Part shown: piece after piece, positions 15,001 through 27,000 of the stretch | How positions within the stretch are numbered: position 1 is the stretch's first letter | Layout: each line of letters begins with the position of its first letter | From: Lytechinus pictus | Taxonomy: Eukaryota | Reading direction: 5' to 3' | Length of the DNA: 64,000 bases | Assembly: GCF_037042905.1 (NCBI RefSeq) | Contig: NC_087245.1 | Span: 23,438,001 to 23,502,000 of the forward strand | The notes under the pieces: model-generated | Told to the model about the DNA's origin: nothing | Seen by the model: only the letters and a program-made list of their open reading frames with translations | Database searches by the model: none | Program-made: the position numbers and the translations under genes

Positions 15001-18000
15001 AAAACAGGGATGAACTTTTGATTAAAAACTACCGGCCTATTACGCTTTTGACGGTTGATTATAAAATATTGGCAAAATGTCTGGCAGAACGTATTAAACG
15101 TTTTATTAATTGTCTTATTCATACTGATCAATCTGCTTTTTTAAGAGGTAGAAACATAATTCATAATTTAATATTTGATATCATAGAGTACACTGAAGCA
15201 AATAATATACCAGGAGCTATACTACTACTTGATATTGAAAAGGCTTTTGACAGTGTAAATCATAATTTCCTTTTTCAGACTTTAAAACAGTTCAACTTTG
15301 AGGACAACTTCTTATCTTGGATAAAGACTCTTTATAAGGAACGTACTTCTTATGTACTAAATAATGGCTTTTTGACTAATCGCATTTCGATGCAACGAGG
15401 TATTTTTCAAGGCTGCCCTATTTCTCCATATTTATTTTTGTTTGTTATTGAGATTTTGGCATTATCAATAAGACAAAACGATAATTTGAATGGAATGAAG
15501 ATACAAGACCATGAAGTTAAAATTTCTTTATTTGCAGATGATTCTGTTTGTTTTATAGATGGGTCCAGAAAGTCATTTGATTCATTGTTTGATGTTTTGT
15601 ACCAATTTGGGAAATATTCTGGATGCAAGTTGAATTTATCTAAGACTGAAGCAATTTGGATTGGGTCAAAGAAAGGGTGCCAAGACTTCCCCATGAGTAA
15701 TCAAGGAATTACTTGGAGAAACTCTACATTTAAGTCTTTAGGGATAAATTTTTCATTGGATTTGAGTTTGATATTTGATCTTAATTATAAAGAAAAACTT
15801 AAGCAAATGACACAGACCATAAATTGTTGGCGGATGAGAAATCTATCTCTTATTGGTAAAATTTGTGTGATCAAGTCTTTCGTCTTGCCTCAACTAATTT
15901 ATCTGTTCTCTGTGTTAAGTATAAAAACACCCCAAAAATATTTTAATGAATTAAATAGTCTTTTTTCAAGTTTATTTGGAATGGTGGAAAAGATAGAGTC
16001 AAAAGAAAATATATGTATAGTGATTATATTCAATGTGGCCTAAAAATGATTGATCCTTGGGTTTTTTCTCTTGCTCAGAAAATGTCTTGGGTGAAACTTT
16101 TACTTAATGATAAATATGTTTCAGCATGGAAGTCCATTGAAGTGCTGGCTTTGGAAAAATTTCATAAGGATAACAAAATTTTATGGAAAGCATTTGCCCC
16201 AGAATCAATTTTAAAATCTCTGGAAAACTCTCAAATAGCTGATTCATTGCGAACTTGGTATGTCTCTCGTGAATATGCTACTCTAGAATCATATCACGCT
16301 AAATTCTCTGAAATTGGTACTTGTCAGATTTTGTGGTTTAATAGACTCATTCGCTCTAAATCCAAAAGGTATTTTTATTATGAATCATGGGATAACAAGA
16401 ACATCTCAAGCATTTCAGATCTATTGAACCCACCCTTACCAAACCATAAATTGTTTGAAGAATTGATTTTAGACTTTGACATTCCGAGATCAGATCGAAG
16501 AAAATATAACTTTTTGATCAAACACATTCCAGAGGACTGGTTAGACGTTCCTTTTTTATATAGTGTAAACATTCATGATTCCTTAGTTTCCTCGTGACTT
16601 GTTATTAAAAAAGTACCTAAGTATGCTTATAAGATAATGAATGTACCTCAGATCCCTGAGAAGAGGTATGATTATTGGAATAGTCAAATTACTGTTCCTG
16701 AAGAAACCATTTGGGAGAAGGTTCATAATGTCAATTTCACTTGTACTATTGACACTAGATTGCGTTCTTTTTATTAAAAATATTTCATAAAACAATATCA
16801 TTGAATAATTTTTTATTCAAAATCAATAGAAAGGAATCTCCCAACTGTGTATTTTGTGAAAAGGAAGAAGAAACGATTGTACACTTATTTTGTGAATGTG
16901 AAAAAGTGACTCCACTTTGGAAATATGTTACAAATTCGTTAGAACGTAAAAGCAATGTTATTAATCTTACGAATTTTGAAAAACTGTTTGGTATAATAAC
17001 TGATAAGTTTTTAACTTACATTTTATTGATTGTGAAATATTACATATATATTTGTAAATTTAGAGGTGATACTCCAAACGTTGAATTTTTTAAGAATTTC
17101 ATCAAATCTCAAAGGGAAACTGAATACTATATGGCCAAAAAAAGAAACAAGCTCGCTTTACATTTAAAAAAATGGAGATTTGAGCTTTGAAGAAGTTCAC
17201 TTGTAAAACACGTTGCATTTTTTTATACCCAGTAAGTACAGGTTAATATTTTGCCACGGCTCATTACCTGATAATTGTAAGTATGTGTTCAGACTCTAAT
17301 TGTTTTAGTTTGTTCTGGATGATGTTACTTGTCCCTTTTTTTTTCTTTCTTTTTTCTTTATCAATTTTGTTGTTTTATTTTTGTTTGTTTGTTTACGATC
17401 ATGTCTAATTATGTAAATATTGTGATTTTCTGTAATTGATTATTTATGAAAACAATAAAAACATAATAAAAAAAAAAAAAAAAATTCTATTAGAACTTGT
17501 TTTGCACTAAAAAAAAATCCATCTTATTGAAAACGTTGTTAAAATCCCTAGTATAGGCCTATACATATTGGTAGTACTACCAGATGGATAGAGGTTCTCT
17601 GATTGAAGATACTAATTCATGGATCATAAATGAGGTAAATGAGCCACCATAAAACAACCAACAAGTCCCAGTGGGACTTTTCCATTTTTTGGAAGTTAGT
17701 TATCATGTGAAAAATACAGGGGTCAGAAGTAAAGAGGAAATAAGTGTATTTTTTATATAATTGAAATGACTCCTTTTTCAAATCACTATCAGAAAAAGGA
17801 TTGGAGCTGAGCCAAGATTAAGCTTAATTACTTGTATATATTATGTAGCTTGGAAAGATGCTTCATGAATGATCATTATTTTTCTTCTTTACTTGCTAAT
17901 ATCTTATTATACATTTGCTACTGACAGAATGCTACATTTACAATCTTCTCAGTCACACAACTTGTTCATAAACAGCATTGATCATTTTAAACAATTGCTC

Positions 18001-21000
18001 AATACCTTGTCATTTTGCTTTTCATCCAGATTTGCGATACTTGTCCCTAATTGCTCATGATTCGAAAACTCTGGTGAAGACTTTCAAACCTATTTGAGTG
18101 TAGCCATAATGCATGAATGTCAGACCACCAATATGCAGGACATTTGCGAAATCATTTGTCTGTTTTCTACATCATATGAAAAGTTTCTCAAGTTTTGATC
18201 ATTTTTAGGAATTACCCAATTTTTCTTTCAAGATACTAACCTTCTTGAGAAATACATGTATTTGTCTCCCTCTTTGTGAAGCTGCATTCTCTCACCATCT
18301 AGTTTGATTTCAATCAGAAAGCTCTTGTGTTCCATTATACGTTCAACCTTCACATCAAACAAAAAATTTAAAGAAGTGACTTTAATACAAACAGCCATCA
18401 TATTGCTTCTAACCCTCCAACATCATCAAAAAAATAATTACAACATGCAATTTATGTACTCTGTCAAAATGAATACAAAAATTTTCATTGTTCCCAAAAC
18501 AATAATGCAGAAGAATATGTATTCTCATTAAATAGAAAAATAAGAAGAGAATACATTTCAATGATCGCATATCCAATCAATGTGAGTGGTATCAAAATCT
18601 CTTTGTGAAAACACATTACGACTTTACGATCAACTGGGATATGCAATAGACCTATATAAATATGAGCATAAAGTATTTTATACTAACAACCAATGTTGAG
18701 GGTATCATCAAATTGTTTCAATTATACTATTGCAAAAAAAATCATTGCGCTTTGAATGTGACTTAAACGTAAAAAATGTTGATCAGCATCTCAACTCAAG
18801 CTTGATATAAATCAGACCCAAATTCAGCTTGCTATAATCAAATTAAACGCAACGTTGCGCATAACTTCACAAGCAGCTTAATGAAGCAACCCCCAGGACC
18901 ATTATGTTTTATTCTGAAGAAACTGGTTTCTTGAGAATAGAGTCAACATTCCATGGTACTCACCTGAGTTATTTTTGCCCTTTCACCTAGCATAGGGCTG
19001 AAAGGGCTGAACACACTGATAGCAATCTCATTCAATCTCACACTTGGGTCAGACAGGTCACTGCAAACCTGCGTCAACAGCAATAACAAAATACAAGGTT
19101 CGAAGATAATCAGAAAAGTAGAACAAGATTTATCATGTTAAATTTCAAATAAAAATCCCAAGACTTTCTTGTAGATGAGAGGCCTAGACTTGCAATTCTT
19201 ACTTCTTTCAACGAAAGGTCATGGATTTGAATCCAAGCCAAAGCTGTAGTGTCTTTCAGCAAGAGATTCATCCACACTGTGCTGCACTCAACCCAGGTGA
19301 ACCTGGGTACCTGGTAATACATGTACTAGTATATGGATTTCATTCCTTTAAATACTTGTGCACTAAGAAGGCGGCCAGGCTAAAGCCAAGTCATTAATTA
19401 CAATTAATAGCATCTTGAACACTCTGCAGAGGGGTAACAAGTGTTCTACAAATTGCATTATTATAATAAGTCTAAGAGTACTTCCCATATGTCAATACAT
19501 GTATGTAATATCTTGTGCATGTGTCTCTGTGTTGTAGATCCCGAGACCCAAGTTTGGTTCCCAATGAGGGACAAACCTCATGTGGCATAATGAAATTCAT
19601 AAAATGCGTCATATTTTAAGCAAAATAATTGAATGAGTACTCAAAATAATGAATTATCCTGAATTAGTGCTGTAGCCGAACCGCCGAACCGAACGGTAGT
19701 TCGCCGAACATGGCACTTCCGAACCGAACAGAACCGAACCGAACACTAAGACTTGGTTCGGAAGTTCGGCAAAAAAAAAAAAAAAACGGCTTTCAGCTAA
19801 CAAATTTATAAGTTTACACCCTTTCTAATCATTATATTTGCGCATTCTCTATTTAATCTTCTTTGCAATTGTATGTTGGAAGTACGCGCTTATTTTGCGG
19901 TTACTAGATTTTGTTTTCATTTTCATGTTGACATTGTGGTTTTTACGGCCCTGATTAAGAAATGAGATCCGATGAATGATGTTGCGCGAGCTTGCGCTAT
20001 AATCATTTTACTGGCTTTCATCATCTCTCGCTCTGTGGCCGAATCGCCGAAGCATGGTAAGGAAAACCAAAACTGCATGAGTGTTCATTGGTTAAATCTA
20101 ATTATCTAAAATATTGTTGTATTTAGGTGGCGAACAAGATTCTTGTTTGAAAATCTTCAAAGTATTTTGAATGAACGAGCTCAATAAACCGAAAGTGAAA
20201 GATGAAGTACCATTAATATTACGAATTACGATACGATGTGATTAAGATCGTAACTCGTGTATTGTTGCGGCGGAGAATAAAGATCTGATTGAGATGATTG
20301 ACATTATTATTGAGGTGTCGGCTCGCTACAGTACTGTCTAGTTTTCATGATTTTAGAGAGAAGTAAAGAGTTTTGAAAACGAGAGATCCAGTGAAAGTGG
20401 GAAATAAAGTGAGTGACTGTTACAGATGAAAAGGAGAGACGCAAAACAAATAATATAGAAATGAGATGAGGTGAAGTTATCTTTTTTATTATTAACAATC
20501 AGATGAAAATAAAAATCAAACACTCATGAATGATTACGGTATAGCATATAGCAAGATCCACTTCCCCTCGTTGACAAGTTGAATGAAGATAAAGCCATGC
20601 GGAAACATTCATCTCTTGGGGGAAAATGACCCCCAATCTTTACTTTTTTCCCCTTTCTTATCAACTTCTCAAATTAACCATAAACAATTCGATGATCACT
20701 CTACTCCCCCTGTCCCATTACAGTCGTAAAACTTTGCATCCCACTTGGTCTGTATGTTCATGGTCGAATGAAATCTGACCAATGAAATCATAGAAATCTC
20801 GGGAATTGCTCTTCAATCAGTGAGCTGAGTTTCGCGAGCAGACAAAGCACGTGGCTGTATGTACCGATGCGACAATCAGCGACATGCGATTGGTGGTTTA
20901 GTTCACCCATCGAGCCAATTAGCGAAAGGCGCATTACATAAGCACGCTTTCTTCGACACGCCCCTGGCCCTACTATGCCTACAGTTCAGTGCACTGCACT

Positions 21001-24000
21001 GGCGCTGGCCGCCTCGTATGTGATGCAATTGCCAATCACGTTTGGCCGGACTAGACTGTATAGTATATAAATATTCATGAGCTCAGAGTCCCGCTACAAG
21101 GGGACTGCATGCGCTGGCCTAGCTGGTACGGGTACGGTACGAGTGCGATCGCGAGCGTAGTTAATTTGGCAAGTATCCAAAGTGTGGTCCAGGTATGGAC
21201 GACTAGGAAGAGTCGCAATTTTAGAACTGTGAGTTACCCAATAAATCTGTCATCAGATAATCAAATTCGAGATAACAGTTGATTCGTTGAGCGCTATAAC
21301 TTTCATAGTTTCATGTCAACAAGATAGAGATAAAATGGTTTGATGTGACAGAGGTACGCGCGAGCACATGCAGTCAATCAAGTACAAATTGTCTACCGGT
21401 ACGCTACGTATACCTGAATGAACTATAGCTTTATCAGTCTATCATTACCGAACCCCGAACCGAACCAATGTTCGGCAAATTTCTGCCGAACCTTGCCGAA
21501 CCGAACCGAACCCGAACATGGCGCCTGACTTGCAGCACTATCCTGAATGCTCTTGGGCAATTCCATAAAATATGTACATCCGACCCCTATATATGGGACC
21601 TTCATTAAATTTTCTTTCTCTGATTTCTAATTCTTTTGACAGTCTGTTATGTTCTCAAAGAACCATGACTTGGTCAGTTTATGAAGTGAAGTAAGACTTG
21701 ACAAAAATGATGGGTCGGATGTACAAAAAGGTTGATACTTTTATGGAATTGCCCTCTTGTATCTACAATATACATGTAGTTGAGCTAAGCCTGGGTTATT
21801 AATTGTTATTATAATAGGAAATGCATTATGATAATGAATAGGATGATTGACAGTATGCATCTATAATGCCAAAACATTTAGAGGGCAGACTCCACCAACA
21901 TAAAAGTCTTGAATGAAGACTGTCAACTCCATAATAAGGAGACAAGAAAGTGAGGTGTCAGCAAGAAAATAATTGAACTAGTAACTAATTATAATGTACA
22001 TAACCATTAAATTATTGGTGACATTAGTGGAGGAATCATTGTAGAGTTATAAATTAAAAAGTACATATATCATATCATTGTGCTGTAATTAATTGAATTC
22101 ACATCACAAGACTTGCAAAATCATATTGCATGAATGTGCAGTGCACTAAAACTGATTTTTGCAGAGCTAGAAGTGTTAAAAGAGTATAAGACTTTGGAGA
22201 GGAAGACATGCGGGTTACTTGGTTATTGAGCTAACGTTTTCCATACCACAGCAGCCTCTCCAACTCTCATCCAGGTCCTATTTTCTTTATCATGGAACAT
22301 GATTCTTCTCATTGACTTGTTTATACTTTGTATTCTGTCTGTATTTGAAATGCCAAATAAAATGATAACATTGATGACTGGGTGTTGATTTGTCATACAC
22401 CCCATTGCCTTTACCAATTGTAAGCTGCATACTTGTAATGTGGGTGAGAATTGCAAAAGAAACTGTGAAAGAAAGACTATTACTGAGGTACACCATTAAT
22501 ACCATCAGGGGTCTACATGTACAGTATTTGTTTTAATATCTTAAAATGTTCTATAAAGCATCAATATGAAATTCAAACTACTATAATTCCCTCATGCAGG
22601 TTTAAATCTCAACGGCAAAGCAAACTGTTTTCAAGATAATCTAATCAAGATTTGCTGAGGACAAACAATCTATACACTAATGATATATCTACCTTTGCGA
22701 GACTGTTTGTCACATTGAAGAAGTCTTCAGCATCCGGATGAAAGGTACCAAGAATAGACTGCTGACTAAGACCAACTTTCATTTCCTGCAAAAAAATCAC
22801 AGAACATCATCTTGTTATTATAGTTAATTATTCCATTGTACTGAATTGACAATCTATTTGTAATGTCATTTGAAATGCATAAAACCATATAATAGTCTCT
22901 ATGGGAGAGTTTCATTACCACTTGTCACTATGTCCACACCAAGTTGATTTTTTACAAAGCCTCTGTGATATCATTTTATAAAAAGCTATAATTTTTTATC
23001 TTATCCCTGGTTTAAATTCTTTCAAACTTTCATAATCAATTCTCATTGTCTATTTTTCACCTTTACCTTTAGATGGTATGTGTGTAGATATGGGTAAAAT
23101 TGTCACAACTATCATCAACATTGCCACCACAATATATAACCACCAACACTGCAACCATCAACAACAACACCATCATCACAACAACCAACACTGCCAACAT
23201 CATCACAACCATTGTCATCAACATCATCTTCATCACTACCAATATCAACAATGCCATCACCACCACCAGCACCAACACCACCACCACCAAACTCACTTCC
23301 ATTTCTCAACCATCATCCCCTCATGTTATCTGAAAGAAACGTATGTGTGTTTGTACCTTCATGATCATGCGTATGAGCCACTTCTGTTCGATTGCACTCG
23401 TTTTCCTCAGTAAGGTCAACAAACTTTGCTTGACCAAGTCTTTCTTCTTGGTAGCATTGTTCAGGGCGATTGAGTCGAGATTATCATTCACATCCTTGAT
23501 GGTTAAACTGCAAGAAAAAATAATATATATTGAAAGAAAGAAAAAAAAATATCACACAAAAGAACTGATAGCTAAATACAATGTTTTTCTGATAAGGAAC
23601 GGGGTAAATGCAACGAAAATCAAGACCCTGGAGACATCTTAAAAATTTCCATCAATAAAACAGGCTAGAACATCTCCTGACAATGGTTAAAATTCTAACT
23701 ATTTATAATTTATGGAGAAATGTATACCAACACGGTTGACAAAGGAAGAGAATTATCATGTAAAATTATTTCACATCTCCTGCTAATGGGCTGATATTCA
23801 AGTTTAGATATAGGCCTATACATGTAAAGCTAGAGGTTTGTTACATTATTCCATTCTCTGGATAAGTGGTTTTCAGGGATAGTTTTATGACGCTAACTGT
23901 GAGTTCGTTACTATGACATTCATGGAATTGATTGAAATCTGAATAACTGAATCAAATTCATCTATAATGCACTCAATATTGTACCAAGACAAAAACAAAA

Positions 24001-27000
24001 CTATATCAAAATGGTAAATTGCCAACTCGTCCACTCACCAAATGGTCTACTTTCATTTAGTATAATGCCATTCCGTCAATCAACATTTCGTCTACCAACC
24101 ATGTGGTTCACCAACCATTTGGTCCAATAACCATTTGGTCCAATCATCATTTCATCTAAACACCATTTCATCTATTACCATTTCGTCTCATAACCAATTG
24201 GTCTAATATCCATTTCATTTTCATTCATTTTGCACAATTAACACTTAGTCCAATTAGACCAAAATGAATGGTACATGGACTAAATGGCTATTGGACCAAC
24301 TGGTTATTAGACAAAATAGTGATTGGACGAAATGGCAATTAGACCATGTGGATAGTGGACGAACTGATGGTCGACCAAATGATAGTAGATGAGTTGGCAA
24401 TTGGACGTATTGGCATTAGAGGAATTGGAAATAAACCATCAAAACCACTTAAGATTCCTCTAGAAATGCACTAAAGTTGGGGATCTCACAACACCTCTAA
24501 GCATTTTCTTGGCTCATGTCGTCAATTAGGGTTGTTGGTGTCAGGGAAGGTCTGCCCTGGGGACCTGCATGTATTAAAGGGGGTTATTCAATTTGGGATG
24601 GTGGTACACAAGAGGTAGATCCCTATGGGATTTGAAATTCATTGCATCTTTATTAATACCTTCCTCTCTCTGGGCACCTGTTACGCAGAACAAAGAAAGC
24701 CACACTGGCAAAGTCTCCAGCTTCCTGTACAAACAAGTATAAAACAGGAATCATTTATAAACCACCCTCTCTCCATACATATCTCGCATTCCCCGACATA
24801 ATCTTAGGCCAGGTTTAAAATCTATTCTTTAATATCACAATATGACACACAATGTTTGAAATTTAGACAGCTTGCTAGACATCACAGCTCTTGCTAATTA
24901 CTTTCATTTCTCAAAAACCAGCCCTGAAGAAAGGGTAAATTCAAGACACACACATGTCATATACTGAAGGAGAAGCAATTTTGTTTCCATCAGTATGTGA
25001 ATGATTTCTAACTCTGCTTTATGACATACACAGATGAATGCCATAGTTCATATTTACATGAGAAGCACCAGTCCACTTTATGATGATGTGATGGCACTAT
25101 GGTTCAACAGTGCAATCCTTCTGACCTGAATATATTTGGTTAAGCACACTTTGCACAATCTCAGTGCTTAGGGGATATTGGATGGCCTTGAGTGGGATGC
25201 GAAGAAATATTGTACGAGCTGAAGAACAATATTTCTACGCATCCCACGAAAATTGGTCATCCAATATTATTATTTAGAAACCCCCACAAAGCTAAACAAA
25301 GTAATGAAGCAAAAAAAAAATGTTTTTAGTAACCATCATTTATGGCAATCCTGTAAATCATGAGCATGGCGCCCGAGTATTGTCATTTAAAAAAAAGAAA
25401 TCTCTGTAATAAAGTAAAGACGCGCTACCGTACAATGTAAAGTGCAAGCGCACTAGAATTCAATAAATTGATGCTCCTTTACCACACCTCCTGGTAACTA
25501 ATACACAATGCAATATCATTGTGACGTAACTATAGCTTCATGCGCACAATCATTAATTAACCAATGATAATCTTGTGGGTGGGGCAAAATATTCATTTCG
25601 TCCAATATTTTCAATATTGGATGGTTTTCATAGGTATGCACGTTAATAATTAGTTTTAATATTTTGTCTCTCTGAAACAACCTAGCAAGACGTCCAAAAA
25701 TATCTGCGCCTCTAAAACCCTACATCTAAATAATAGCAGCAAATATTGTACACTAACACCATACTTGAACTCATTTAGCAATAACACACTAAGCCATGAA
25801 AGGTATTTACCTGTTTTGCTGTTGGAGCTCTGTAATTCAGAAGCTTCCGAGCATCAGTGCTTTCCTTGGCTAAACCAAGGATGTCGATGTAGAGTTTAGC
25901 TAGGGTGTGCTACAAAATTGAAGAAAACGAATAGAAATCCTGTTACGTGTTAGTGTCAATGTATTAATCTGCTGAATATGATTTAATTTCACTAGAATAC
26001 GCATTTCCATAGATAGACTCAGTCCAGAATGTCTCGGACATAGGACTCAATGGGCAAAAAAGTCTTAGAACTGAAACTGGAAGACAATACATTCACTTCT
26101 ATAAAAAAAAATATCTGTATATGAAATAGAATGAGAGTAATTCTCAATTTAATGACCTAAGATTAAGTATAAATCAACTCACCTCATATATACCCCCTCC
26201 CGTGCATAGTATGCAATTATGTTATTCACATAAAACACACAATTCCATAAAACCTTATGATATAGCAATCTTATTTTGTTTTTATATCTAGAATATTTTC
26301 TTAAATTTCTTAATGACATAGATCACGTGCTACTATTACCTCTTTGATTCCATAAGCCATTCTCTCTCTCTCAAGTTGGGGCAGCAGCAGTCTCATAGCT
26401 GGATAGAAATTATCTGTCTGTTGAAAAAAAAAAAAAACATTCATTCTTACATCAAGGGATTTTCATTTCCAGTACAAAAAATCTGTCTTAAGAGAAAAGA
26501 GAAGATGTGTTAAAAGACATCAGACACAAGATTAATGTAGATGCAAGGAAAAGATGAACGGGGGAGCATTTCATGATAGGACTTGTAGGACATTTTTTCT
26601 GACAAGTCCTGTTTCGTCCGATAGCTACCATAGTAACATAACTTCTCAGCCAATCAAATACATGGAAAGTTGTCAGATCTGAGAACTTGTCAGACAAAAA
26701 TGTGAATGAAAGGCTCCCCTGGAAACACAGCTAATCTCTCAAACAAGATAAAACTTTTAAAAGAGTTTTTTATTTTAACTTCTAAATATTAACAAAGTAT
26801 ACAGATTTCATTCATTCATTCATTCTCATTCATTCGTTCGTTCGTTCATTCATTCATTCATTTATTAACTTTTTTATTTATTCATTCATTTATCGGTTTG
26901 TTTATTCATTTAATCAAAAATTGATTAATTTTAAATTTATTTATTAACAACTTCATCGTATTTTAAGGGGGGTATCACTGTTCATTTATTGATAACTGGT

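Larger units (their letters stand above)
11935..17484 (+). mobile_element. Full-length L1/Tx1-clade LINE, antisense in LIG4 intron 8
   Basis: ORF1, spacer, ORF2 (APE endonuclease, RT, C-terminal CxxC...HxxxxC), AATAAA and poly(A); TSD ttctattag at 11926-11934 and 17485-17493. Confidence 0.96.

Noticed and set aside
22190..22290. Conserved non-coding element shared with 38385-38480 (inverted)
   Set aside because: More simply two copies of an old interspersed repeat (LINE 3' UTR-like); no evidence of function.
23069..23413. His/Gln-rich, Thr-rich and Val-rich ORFs
   Set aside because: Translations of a trinucleotide repeat in a LIG4 intron.
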